From Asterias rubens (Eukaryota), in the NCBI RefSeq assembly GCF_902459465.1, contig NC_047081.1, positions 1,860,001 through 1,924,000 on the forward strand: DNA of 64,000 nucleotides. The letters are read 5' to 3'. The notes beneath the pieces were generated by a model. That model did not search any database, was not told where the DNA came from, and saw nothing but the letters and a program-made list of their open reading frames with translations. Position 1 is the first letter of the stretch. Each line of letters begins with the position of its first letter. This document shows, piece after piece, positions 11,801-22,900 of the stretch. Position numbers and translations under genes: made by a program.

Positions 11801-14800
11801 ACTCCAAGTTGAGATGGATGTTTACTCGATGGTGAAAAAGGTAAACAAAAATTACAAATCTGACCAATCAAAAACATCTGTCGAGTTTCAACTTTCCAAG
11901 GGAGACCACAAATGACCCAAAAAAATAAAGAAATTATTTGGAATCTTTTGTACAAAAAATATGCAACTATTGAATGATTTATTTAATTTTTTGTTTGGTT
12001 TTTTTTTCAGTTTGTATTTTTGAAACTTGTGCCATCTTGGAACGGCAACTTCAAAAACCTCAGCAAAGACGCAGACGTCTTCTTCAGATCTTACAGTAAG
12101 TGTTTCCAGTAATTTTCAATGATTCTAAAGCCCCTTTTCACACTACTCTATTCCTTGAGAGAATAACTGCTAGCCTTTTTACACTTTGATTGCTTTACCC
12201 CTGAACTACCCTTCGGTATTTCTTCCAGAGCCAGGAACATTCTTACAAACGGAGAGAGGACAGAAGTTTGAGTCATTATTCCAGGGAGTTCGTCTTCAGC
12301 ACATCATCAACGACCTGTCAGCGAGTAAACACATTGAGAAGGATCACATCATGCACAAAGGTATGAAGACATCATGCTCAAAGTGTTACATTTCCGCTTA
12401 GTGCGGAGTTGTAGCATCAATCTTAAAAACGTAAAGTCTGTCCAAAGGGCATACAGCTCATTAGGCCGGTGTTTACATCAGGTTTCCTTGACATTAAACG
12501 ACTATTTCTATTCCCCCCATTATTACTACTGGGTGGAGAGAAGCAATTATGATAAAGTGCCTTGCTCAAGAACACACAAGTTTTGGTGGGAGGCCCACAG
12601 TTTGTCTTCACATAATGTTTGAGACAATGCCTTCAATCTTCAATGGTGGAATCCTTATTCAGCTATCTATAGTTGTACTAGGATGGTGCAGAAGTGACGT
12701 CACAGGCAAAGTGCATAAGAAATAAGGTGAAGGTAAGGTGTCGACAAGACAAAAAGACTGATAACAAAAGACGATAACTTAGGGTGCGTAAAAACTGACG
12801 GATGATTTAGAGGAGATGTGAGCCCACTGGTAGACTCATCCCTCTAATAGCTGGTAGGGCAGTTTCCTTGAATGCTGCTATTGAAGGAGACATCACAGTG
12901 GCTGCTGGGAGCTGGTTCCATAGTTGGATGGATCGAGGGTAGAAGGAGTATTTGTATGGATGTACCTGGTATGGTGAGTACACCTTGCAACTATCTTCCT
13001 GCTATGTTGTTTAATTATGATCTTTAATGTTATTATATTAACCCTTTTTGTTATATGCCTTTTTCAGAATGGTTACTACCGGTGTATCAACTACAATGGC
13101 AAACAATGCTGTGCCTGGAGCAGGGCCAGAGCCAAGGGTAAGTTAACACAAAGAGATTGAAAAACATTTTCCTAAATTTTGATTGAAAAAGCAAATAATG
13201 CCCACCAAAAAGCGATTCTGACCCACAAGCCGCCTTACTCCTCTTCTAAAGAGATGTTTGATTGATTTTTTTATGATTAACAAAACACGTTCATTATAAC
13301 ATTTTACATCCTTTCCCAATACTTCACATAATAAATACGTACCTGTGAGGTTTGGTTTGTGTCAGTAAACTCAAATGCAGTGACACCCTCAACCAAATAT
13401 TTACGCCTCATGAACGTTTTTTTTTCAGCATTCCCAAACCAGTAAGTACGGACCCGAGTTTGTCATAGGCAAAATCGGGTCTGCATTTAAAGGGTGACTC
13501 ACGTAATGTTTCATATTTTTTACCTTTTTTTTAGTATGGAAATAAATGAATATTGATTGATTAATGGATGATTGATTGATGATGCTGTTTTCAATTGAAA
13601 TGTTTCATATTTTTTACCTTTTTTTTAGTATGGAAATAAATGAATATTGATTGATTAATGGATGATTGATTGATGATGCTGTTTTCAATTGAAATGTTTC
13701 ATATTTTTTACCTTTTTTTTAGTATGGAAATAAATGAATATTTATTGATTAATGGATGAATGATTGATGATGCTGTTTTCAATTGAAATGTTTCATATTT
13801 TTTACCTTTTTTTTAGTATGGAAATAAATGAATATTGATTGATTAATGGATGATTGATTGATGATGCCGTTTTCAATTAAAACCATCAGCCCGACCGAAG
13901 AGACAGTGTCCCCTGAAGTCTTCGACCAGCAATCGTTACGATGCGGTAGGGTCATCGCAAGAGAAACAGATGTAAGATTTGGATATTTATTTTCTATAAT
14001 GACAATTTCAACACTGACTTATGTGAGCTAAAGTTGGTTACGAGGCCAATTTTCTTTTTATAACTATTCATTTGATTCTATCATGAACAGTATTGCTGGC
14101 GTTGGACTGGATACAACTACGGAATGGACGTACTCTTCACATTTGCCAACAGGTCAGTGTCTTTCCCCAAATTGATAGCAGCTATCTTGTCATTTCCAAT
14201 TTCAAATGAGACATGGCTTTACTTGCTGAAAAGCACACAGTTCTCTGATTACTAAAGGCTACCCTGTGCCAGTGCACCCAGCTTGGTGCTGTGCAGTTTG
14301 ACTGGCTGATTAAATTGTGTATAAACAAGCTTGTTTTGGCAGGGCCAAATTTCATTGCTCTGCTTACTCGCCTAATTCTGCACTTACGATCACCATTCTC
14401 CGCTTCAAGCAAGCGCCAATTTCTGCGCTAACTGTGTAAGCGTAGCTTGACATAAGCACAGAATTTGCCGCTTCTGCAAGCGCCGATTCTTTGCTTAAAT
14501 GGTAAGCAGAGCCATGACATTGGGCCCAGATAATGTACCTGACAAAATCCCTGCTAAGCAAAATTTAGCCAAGAACCCTACAAACATTGTAAGGCACTGG
14601 CACTTTGGGTAACCTTTATCTGCTTGGCCAAACACCCCGTATATAACTTTGTTTCTCTGTTTTTCATTGCAGATTACTGATATTTCGTCGTAACACCATC
14701 ACACACCCAGTGGTAGCTAGCGTCAGTCTGCAAAACTCAAGAAATATTATGTTCAGGTAAAGCTGCATTCAAATCAAGTTGATGATCTCTGTTGAGAGTT

Positions 14801-16863
14801 TTTGAACCACATGGGCGTGTGATTTCTCAAGATTTGTTCATGATTTCAGGATTTTTTTCAAAACTTCCATGAGCTTTCAGAGTTTCTGGTGATGCTCACA
14901 GTTTGTAAATCTCCTGGGACCAGTTTAGGACTAGTCCTAGGAGATATTAAAACTAAGTGAGGACGAGAAACTTGTCCTAACTCGAGATAGGACTACGATT
15001 AAAGATGCTATGTCAGATTTTTGGCCGATTTGACCCCAAAATTTTGATTTAAAATTCTATAGGTATTTTGATGGGGGTCGAGAAAGTTACACACTTTCAT
15101 TTGAGCCATTGCTCGAAAAAGTCCGCCAATTATTAGTAGCAGTGAAATAAAGTGCTCAAAATTAGTTTTTGTCGGCAATGTATCACGTGACCAATTCTTA
15201 TGTGTTTTATAAGAAACGTTTTAAATTTTTGTCATGGTTCCTGACCATTAAAAGTAAAAGTTAAACTTTTTTTTCGTTAGAGCGGGTGATACTCTTTGAA
15301 ATAACATTCACTCAAAAAAATCTATTTTTTAATGTTTGGGGCCAAAAATCTGACATAGCATCTTTAACTCTTTGTGAAATACACACCTAAATTGCATTAT
15401 CTGGAGGGTTCCGGTGTGGCAGGAGATTCTGTTCCCCCATATGGTGAACTGGGTACAAACTTCTTCCGATAGCTTATTTCCCTCATGGAGGACAGAGTCT
15501 CTGAGGGAAACGATTTCCCTGTGACACCGATCATCGCTTTCACCAAACTCTTCCTAACTTAAGATTAATCTTAGGACTTAGGCCGAGTCCCAACCCTGCA
15601 CTGTAAGCATGCAGACCTTAAGATCAATCCTAAGTTAGGACGAGTTACTCATCCTAACTCGAGATAGGATCAATCCCAGCGTTTCGTGAAATCAGCTGCG
15701 GGTGTCAGAATAAGGGGGACCGAGACCCACCAGCCTTTATTCAGAATTTTTTTGCATTCGGTAAACTGGCCACTGGTTCTTTTCAGAACCACCACAGCTC
15801 ATTTAGAGAATGAACATGGTGTTAACGCAAATCACACTAGATTGTATTCTTTGATTGATTGATTGATTGCAGAGTGCGTGTAGTTTCCTACGATGGACAG
15901 GGGCATGTCATGTATTTAAAGAAGAGTGATCTCAAAGTGCTGAAACTCAATAAAGACGAGGTAAAAAAAAAAAAACATCTGTGAAAATACACAAAAGTCA
16001 CAATGTACACATTCTTAAATAGTTTGCATCACTGTGGAGTTTTCTTTTGTTCCTTTGCTCAACATTTCCTCACAGACCTTCTCCAGATGACAATCAGAGC
16101 ATACTGATTGAAACGCGAGTTGAAACCAACGATTCTTTTTTTAGAACCACCCCAACTCATTTAGAGATTATCATTACATGGGTTTGCCGCATACCTTCAA
16201 GCCCGGTTCATACTTCCTGAGAATGTGAATGCGATGCCATTTTGATGTGAATTTGACGTCACAACCCCTCTTTCGCTGCGATACTCGCAAGACAGTTGAG
16301 CACAACTCAACTTAGTGCGAATTTCGTTGTGAATTTGTGATGTCAACATTCGTATCGGATTCGCATTGGCAGGAAGTATGAACCGGGCTGTACTGTACCT
16401 CATAGACTTTGTTTACAGAGTTTCTTGTGGAGCACTCCCCCCCCCCAGCCAGCCCCTAGAATTCCTCGATGGAGACCTTTTATTTTCCCTTTTTTGTTTA
16501 ATTCTCGGTCTCCGTAAGATAGTGAATGTGGTACGCTCTCAAACAAACTTCCATTTTTACAGACTATCTCAACCTCTAAAAACCGACCTGGCCACTCACT
16601 TACAATATTGACCTCCATGCACAGAGGGGAACACACCTCTATTCCCCCTTTTTTTTTTGGAGTGATATTAACACCACCATTTCTTTTCAACTTTGTTTCC
16701 GTCCAATCAGGAAGCAGTGGTGCTAACGGTGGATAGACACGCCCCTTTCCCAATGCGGATAAGCGTCAACATGTTATGCGCGACACCGCCTGGAAAGGAG
16801 GAATCGGTGGAGGGTCTACCCAACGCACCGGACGGGCCAAATATCAGAGAAGAGGAATTGTAA
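7415..16863 (+). CDS. GMCL1: Germ cell-less protein-like (BTB-BACK), 16 exons, 489 aa
   Basis: Exons 7415-7545, 8597-8720, 9356-9452, 9934-10031, 10729-10775, 11110-11175, 11388-11453, 11756-11840, 12011-12095, 12229-12360, 13068-13137, 13890-13971, 14091-14152, 14673-14756, 15873-15960, 16711-16863; all GT-AG, phases consistent. Motifs MGGYVS (myristoylation-type), PKKRKR NLS, RKKLKSTSKYIY..LHKIYLCQ..YFASMFSGSWKES, LFVLQVEMDVY, YCWRWTGYNYG match the GCL/GMCL1 family. Confidence 0.93.
8486..8526 (-). other. Degenerate minimal hammerhead ribozyme motif (Penelope-type)
   Basis: Minus strand gtctc-CTGACAA-t-gactag[agcaag]ctagtc-GAAACGTT-gac: stem II hairpin intact, core CUGANGA has G8 changed to A, stem I imperfect. 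Confidence 0.4.
8843..9249 (-). mobile_element. tRNA-headed DeuSINE with (ATT)n tail
   Basis: Minus strand: A-box-like GTGGCCGAGCGG, B-box GGTTCGAATCC, GTGTCCTTGAGCAAGACACTT, Deu-domain-like CCTTCAGATGGACGTAAAGCCG...CCCAGTGCACTTATCGAAAAGAGAAGGGG, tail GCGCTATATAAGA and (ATT)n at 8843-8880. Confidence 0.7.
10044..10684. mobile_element. Two head-to-tail TTAA MITEs (10044-10387 and 10392-10684)
   Basis: TTAA at 10040, 10388 and 10685; AGG...CCT termini; the second is homologous to 63422-63775. Confidence 0.7.
12660..12974 (-). mobile_element. 5'-truncated CR1/L2-superfamily LINE 3' end
   Basis: Minus-strand frame 12974-12807 reads PYQVHPYKYSFYPRSIQLWNQLPAATVMSPSIAAFKE...*, matching the YKYSFFPRTI..WN.LP C-terminus of ORF2 in these LINEs. 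Confidence 0.7.
13505..13880. repeat. 94-bp tandem repeat, 4 near-identical copies
   Basis: Unit starts (AATGTTTCATATTTTTTACC...) at 13505, 13599, 13693, 13787. Confidence 0.95.
15003..15363. mobile_element. TTAA MITE nested inside a hairpin MITE
   Basis: TTAA|AGATGCTATGTCAGATTTTTGGCC ... GGCCAAAAATCTGACATAGCATCT|TTAA; flanks rejoin to the CTAACTCGAGATA...CTCTTTGTGAAAT element also seen at 24225-24392. Confidence 0.8.
16200..16389. mobile_element. Palindromic MITE (PIF/Harbinger-like)
   Basis: TIR AGCCCGGTTCATACTTCCTG ... CAGGAAGTATGAACCGGGCT. Confidence 0.65.
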
Positions 16864-17658
16864 ATGTAAGACGTAATAGATTACTTTCTCAGGTTAGGCT
16901 TATGTACGGCACTGAATTTTTCATCCGATTAGGGAGAAATTTCTGGGGCCTTTACTTTCTCAGGTCATGTCATGTGCGGCCCTGGATTTTCATCACTAAG
17001 GGAGAATTTTTGGGGCAAGATTTTTTAATTTAATTTTTTTTTTTCATCAAGGTTTTGTCTTCATCATGTTGGTGGTGTTTTTTTTTTTTTTTTTTTTTTT
17101 TTGGGGGGGGGGGCGGGGAGAGGGGGGGATGTAGTTTTCCAAATGTGTTGCAAACAATTTTTACTACTCCAATGTTCTCTGGCTATAGTCCTGAGTCAAA
17201 ATGAATTCATCTCAATATTTGTGTTTCAATAAATTCATGGAAATTTTTTCTAGTTTCAAACAAATGGCGATGAGAACAACTCAAGAACTTAGATAGATAT
17301 AAAATCTATTTATTTAATTTTGTTTCTCTTATGGGCCGGATAAACAAAGAAGTATTAAGAAGTGACTAGAAATTTGATTGTTTTGAATTAATATTATTGA
17401 CAGCCAGTCGAGAACAAAAACATCCTCGTAAAAAAATGTAGAGACCCAATTTTATCAGAACGAGGTCATCAGATGTGTTGGATATTGACAAACTTTGCAT
17501 TGGATGGGTTACCGGTGAATACAATGGCAATTTACACCATTTTTACGTGAGGTTGTAGATTTGTCATTTTCCTTCCTCTTTAACGGAAGATTATCAGGAG
17601 TTTGTTCAGGATATTCACAAAAATGTTTCAGAAAATAATTGATTGAAACTTGCTTTAA

Positions 17659-18026
17659 AGGGAAGGTACACGTTTGGTAATTACTCAAAACAACTATTAA
17701 CTTAAAAACTGACTTGGTAACGAGCATTGGAGAGCTGCTGATAGTATAAAATATTGTGGGAAACGACTCCCTCTGAAGTAACGTAGTTTTTGAGAAAGAG
17801 GTAATTTCTCATTAAAATAATAAAAGACTTCTAGCTAGAAGTCTTTTATTCCTATCTGAAAGCATACAAATTCGTCCAACAAGGGTGTTGTTTCTCTCAT
17901 TATTTTCTCGCAACTTTGATGACCAATTGAGCCCAAATTTTCACAGGCTTGTTATTTTATGCTTATGTTGGGAAACACCAAGTGAGAAGACTGGTCTTTG
18001 ACAATTACCAAATGTGTACCTTCCCT
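17659..18026. mobile_element. TTAA MITE family B (Kolobok/T2-like)
   Basis: TTAA|AGGGAAGGTACAC ... GTGTACCTTCCCT|TTAA; near-identical copy at 22762-23121. Confidence 0.8.
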
Positions 18027-18411
18027 TTAAAAGAGCCAAAGAAGAGCCTTTTTTGTTTAAAGAGCCAAAGAACCTAAGTGGTTTGTTACAATTAGTTTTT
18101 TTTTATTTACTTAAACCTTTTAAGATTTCTTTCAGGCTTCCGACCCTAGTTTTGATATGACGAGACAGCTCAATTTTGATTGTCAAAGTGTTTTTGTTTT
18201 ATTGTAAGGAGTTCATGCAATATTTATTTGTACAAAAATAACATGTAAATAATTTGTAAATATTTTTTCTCCATGGGAATAAAAAGAACAATTATTTCAG
18301 AGGTTTTTCCCCACAAAACAAAAAAACATCTGAATTTTGTTTATACAATCTTGTTGATATAAAAATAGTTAGTTACATTATTCAATTGACGGTCACACTT
18401 TTAGAGTTTAA

Positions 18412-18788
18412 AGGCATAGACACTATTGGTAATTACTCAAAATAATTATTAGCATAAAACCTTTCTTGGTAATGAATAATAGGGAGAGGTTGATAGTATA
18501 AAACATTGTGAGAAACGGCTCCCTCTGAAGTAACGTAGTTTTCGAGAAAGAAGTAATTTTCCACGAATTTGATTTAGAGACCTCAGATTTAGAACTTGAG
18601 GTCCCGAAATCAAGCATCTGAAAGCACCAAACTTCATGTGACAAGGGTGTTTTTTTCTTTCATTATTATCTCGCAACTCGACGACCAATTGAGCTTAAAT
18701 TTTCACAGATTCGTTATTTTGTGCCTATGTTGAGATACACCAAGTGAGAAGACTGGTCTTTGACAATTACCAATAATGTCTCGTGTCT
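18412..18788. mobile_element. TTAA MITE family A (Kolobok/T2-like)
   Basis: TTAA flanks, TIR GACACTATTGGTAATT/AATTACCAATA..GTC; near-identical copy at 34090-34456. Confidence 0.8.
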
Positions 18789-19528
18789 TTAAGGATCTTT
18801 GATAATCACTCAAAAAATTAACGACCATTAAAAACATACTTATTAAGAAGCACTGTATAGCTGTTGAGAAACGCTATTAAGAGTAACACTTCTCAGTTTC
18901 AAACTTTGAGACATAAAAACTTGTCAAAACCACATAAATTGAAGTGAAATGTTTTTTAAAAAAAGCCTCATACTATCGAAAGCTGCTGATGGCTTCTATC
19001 ATTACCAAACACTTTTATTGCCATTAATTTTAAGAGTGAATACCAAAAATATGGTTACCCTTTAATGAGACTAGTCCGTATTATTATTCTTCCGGAGCAA
19101 GAAAGCATTTTTAAAAATTCTGACTTTATTTTTAGGATAAAAAAAAAAAATTGAAAGTTAATGTCCTCTTCATGCTTGCAATTTTCGTTAACATATTCAG
19201 CAAAATTTTCCAATCCAGGATTTATCAAAACTGCTATACAAATAATAATACAAAGAAATATCAGATTGTCACAATTTTTCACAAATTTGTTATAAAGAAT
19301 GCTCTTAAAATAATATCATAATATCGTCAATCAACTTTGTACAAAAACTCAAAGAATGTTTTATACATGGTCATCACTGCTGACTGTTAGCAGTTGTGAT
19401 ATTTAACACTGGATTCAGACAGGCGCTCAAGGGTCACGCCGAACGACTACAACAGTCGATCTTTCGACTTCAAGCATGTCCAGTCGCGGCTGAACTATTT
19501 TCAGATGTCAAACTTTTCATGTACTTAA

Positions 19529-19823
19529 ATGGACACATTGTCTTGGATCGGGCGAGTTGGTCTTTGAAAAGCATTTGTTCCTGCTTTTTATAAAATGCAT
19601 ATGATTAGAAAGACGTTTTAAAAGTAGAATATAATAATTCACACAAATATGCCTCAAAATTTTTGAGTTAGTTCGCAAAGTAAAAGAAAAATCACACAAT
19701 TTCCAGGCATATTTTGTGTGGATTATTATATTCTACTTTTAAAACATATTTATATGCATTTCATCACAAGCGGTTACAAACGCTTTTCATAGACCAACTC
19801 GCCGATCTAAGGCAACATGTCCT
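19529..19823. mobile_element. TTAA MITE family C, internally deleted
   Basis: Ends match 25152-25533 (TTGGATCGG.CGAGTTGGTCT ... AGACCAACTCG.CCGA). Confidence 0.7.
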
Positions 19824-19955
19824 TTTTAATTCAATGGTTTGGTGCGACTCTAGAACATCTGTCTGAACCGGGTGTTAGCCACTATCTCACTCAGATCAGT
19901 GATACGCTCAAGTGAGCCATGTGAAGAGCACCCTCGACAGGTGATAGACATAACC

Positions 19956-22900
19956 TCATGGCGGTTGTGTGACCGACTTGCGTCTGACGCCCGTCACTGC
20001 ATTGGACATGGTTTTCTGCTTGAAGTGTTGCCAGTCGGTGTGGGCCTGCAGGTGCTTCTGTAGCGTCTCCTGCATCGGGTATGGCCGGACGATCTCCTTG
20101 AGGTGGCGGATCACAAACTGGTTGGCGTGCTCCAGGAAGAAACGTTTGCTCAGCATGACGACCTCGGCACCGCGGCTGACCAAGCTGAGACTGGGCTGCT
20201 TAGCGTCGGTGATCCCGGCCTCGGAGCAAAGGAAAGGCAGTCCCTGAATTCATGGAGAACAGAAGATCTGAGTAAGTTTCTTTCTGATCTTCCTAAAGTC
20301 AGTGTGTACTTTTGGTAACTACTCAACAAGTTAATGACCATAAAAACTTCTGTTTTGTAGATATGTTTGGATACAAAAAGGAAGGACACTGGTCTTTGCA
20401 ATTACCAAAAGTTGAAACTTATTGTTAAATTACATTATTTTTATTAAAAAATAGGTCTTCAAAAATTATTACAGCCCTGCCTCTTTGTCACACTCATCAA
20501 TGTTCATCCTTTGCTTTTTCTGTGTGCTTTTTCTGTGTGCTTTTTCTGTCTCTGTTTTCATCTCTTTCCACTTGACTACGTTTGTTTACACCAGTCTACC
20601 TGATAATTGTATTATCATTTGTGTTGTCAACAATTTTGTGCATTTATACCATAGGTCGGTAAGCAGTTTGCAAAAGGTAATTCTGCTCTCTCAAAACCTT
20701 AAGAAGTATTCCAAACTCAATACACCAACACCAATCTCTGGTTGTCACATTAATTTTTTTGTCTGTGCAAAGGAAACAAAATAATCAAACCCTTGGTCCC
20801 TGTACCAAGACTTGCACAGTCTGTTTGAGATACTTACAAATACGTCTTTAGAAAGCAGCATGTCAAGTTGAACAAAGACAACTTTCTTGTCACCATTTTG
20901 AGACTGTGGGTATAAAGATACACAAAGATTACACTAGATAATATGTGCAGGCCTGTAGGAAAAGATAGAGTCCGCATGTGAATGGAAAAAAGTCCTCTCG
21001 TCAAAATGATGTAAATTGCCATTTTATTCAATACCCTTCCAGTGCAACATTTGTCAGCATCCATAACATCTAAAGAGTTGAAAAAATAGTCTTTACATTT
21101 TTGTAAAGGGATGTTTTGGTTCATTCCTGTCTTAACCTAACTTAACTTAAATGCATTTATAAAGCGCTTTAACACTATTTCAAAGCGCTGTACAGTCAAG
21201 AAAAACATTAAAATGCAGGATTTTAAAAAAATGAGCAAAAATAGCAATATGGTTTTTAAAAAATACACAACGGTTAAAAAAGTCACAAAAATCTAGTAGT
21301 CTTCAATGCTATTCAATCAAAACAGCCTAGATTTTGAGATTTTGACTGAACTTTAAACTTGAAAAACGAAATGTGAAATGAATACCTTGGTGTCATCAAA
21401 TGATGGAACTTTCATATTGCTCATGTCTAGTGGATTAACTGATGATCGACGCCTTCCATTGTCTATCTTTGGTGCTGTAACAATGAAGAAGAAAAAAACC
21501 GAAAAAATACCTGGTTAGTTTAAATTGGAATCAAGTGCATTCCTTAGCAACGCCAGGGCTTGAATTTGGGGGCAAATTCACAAGACTACAGGGCTTGGAG
21601 CTAACATTTTGTTAACACTAATAACAAGTTATTGCACAATTTACAATAACCGTGTCAGTGCGCTTCACATAAGTAGTGCCCTGGTCACTGGGGCAATAAC
21701 ATTCTTTTAATCCCTAACCACAACTCAACGGAAAAGAAAAGTATTTATCAGATTCATAGCCAACATTTTGTGGAATGAGGCAGCCTATTATTATTCAATT
21801 GAAAAACATAAGACCAACAGTCCGGTTGTGAGTGTACTGGCCCAACGCTAAAATCACTTGCCTCGCTCGGCCCTTGTCAAGCCCTGCATGACTCTCAGAC
21901 CCTCACCTTTGAATATTTAATGGCTACTTACCAACATTGAGTCCATTGGGTGCAAATTTCTCGTTCATGTTTGGATCGAGGCAGGTGCTACTCCGACGCT
22001 GGATGGGTCTCGCCTCGGATAACTCCTTTATAACCTGACAAGACCCCTAGCAAAAGCAATGAGTAAGATTTAGGGTGCGTTCGATAAGCTTCCCTGGGTC
22101 GACCCCGCAGTGCTCACTTGGGTGAGCCCCTGACAAGAGCTAATCGAATGATCACACTCGCCCTCTCGTGGTGGCGGCATGCACCTCAGGTCACCCCTAA
22201 GTGACCTACTCCACAAGCAGGGCCCTGGGGGCTGACCCGGGTGAGCCCCGTCAAAGCTATTCGAACGTACCGGGGAGTTTTCTGGGAGTTGCTTGTTCAT
22301 GCATCCCTCTCTAGTACAATTTTCTGTTTTTAACCCCAAATAATTTTGTGTAAATAGTTTGAACTTACCGACTTGACGATATAGATCCAGTCGGAGTTGT
22401 TGCTATCTTTTGTTATGACTGCACCCCGTCTGAGAATTATATTAAGATGATTTGAATAATAGTTTTTTAATATAATTAGTTTAATTGTGAGCAAGATACT
22501 TAACAGTAAATGCTTTGTCCATCAGATGGGATGTTAAGCCGTAGGTCTTGTGTTCAAAGAATGGTATTGCACGGGAAAGAACCCAGAACACTTTTTGTGG
22601 AAGAGTAAAGGGTTAACCGCTATGTTTCTGGGTCGCACAGCAAGCACCTTTGTTTACAGGTTTCCTCAGGCTTGCGAGCTACGGTGATTAAGTTCACTTT
22701 TGAGGCATCCTTGGTTTCACTACCAGAAATATACAAAATTTAAAAAAACTGGCAGTCTTAAAGGGAAGGTACACGTTTGGTAATTACTCAGGACAAATAT
22801 TAACTGAAAAACTGACTTGGTAATGACCATTGGAGAGATGTTGATAGTATAAAACATTGTGGGAAACGACTCCCTCTGAAGTAACGTAGTTTTTGAGAAA

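Noticed and set aside
17078-17130. Long poly-T/poly-G tracts (also 358-372, 7166-7195, 35056-35072, 51629-51655)
   Set aside because: Homopolymer runs are scattered throughout the window with no positional pattern; lengths may be sequencing artefacts.
18423-18688. ORFs of 60-80 aa, repeated at 33485-33809 and 34102-34337
   Set aside because: They lie within copies of the same non-autonomous MITE and show no transposase motifs.
19400-19528. CpG-rich frame YLTLDSDRRSRVTPNDYNSRSFDFKHVQSRLNYFQM
   Set aside because: Protein-like but no ATG or convincing acceptor/donor, and both neighbouring genes are already complete; left unexplained.
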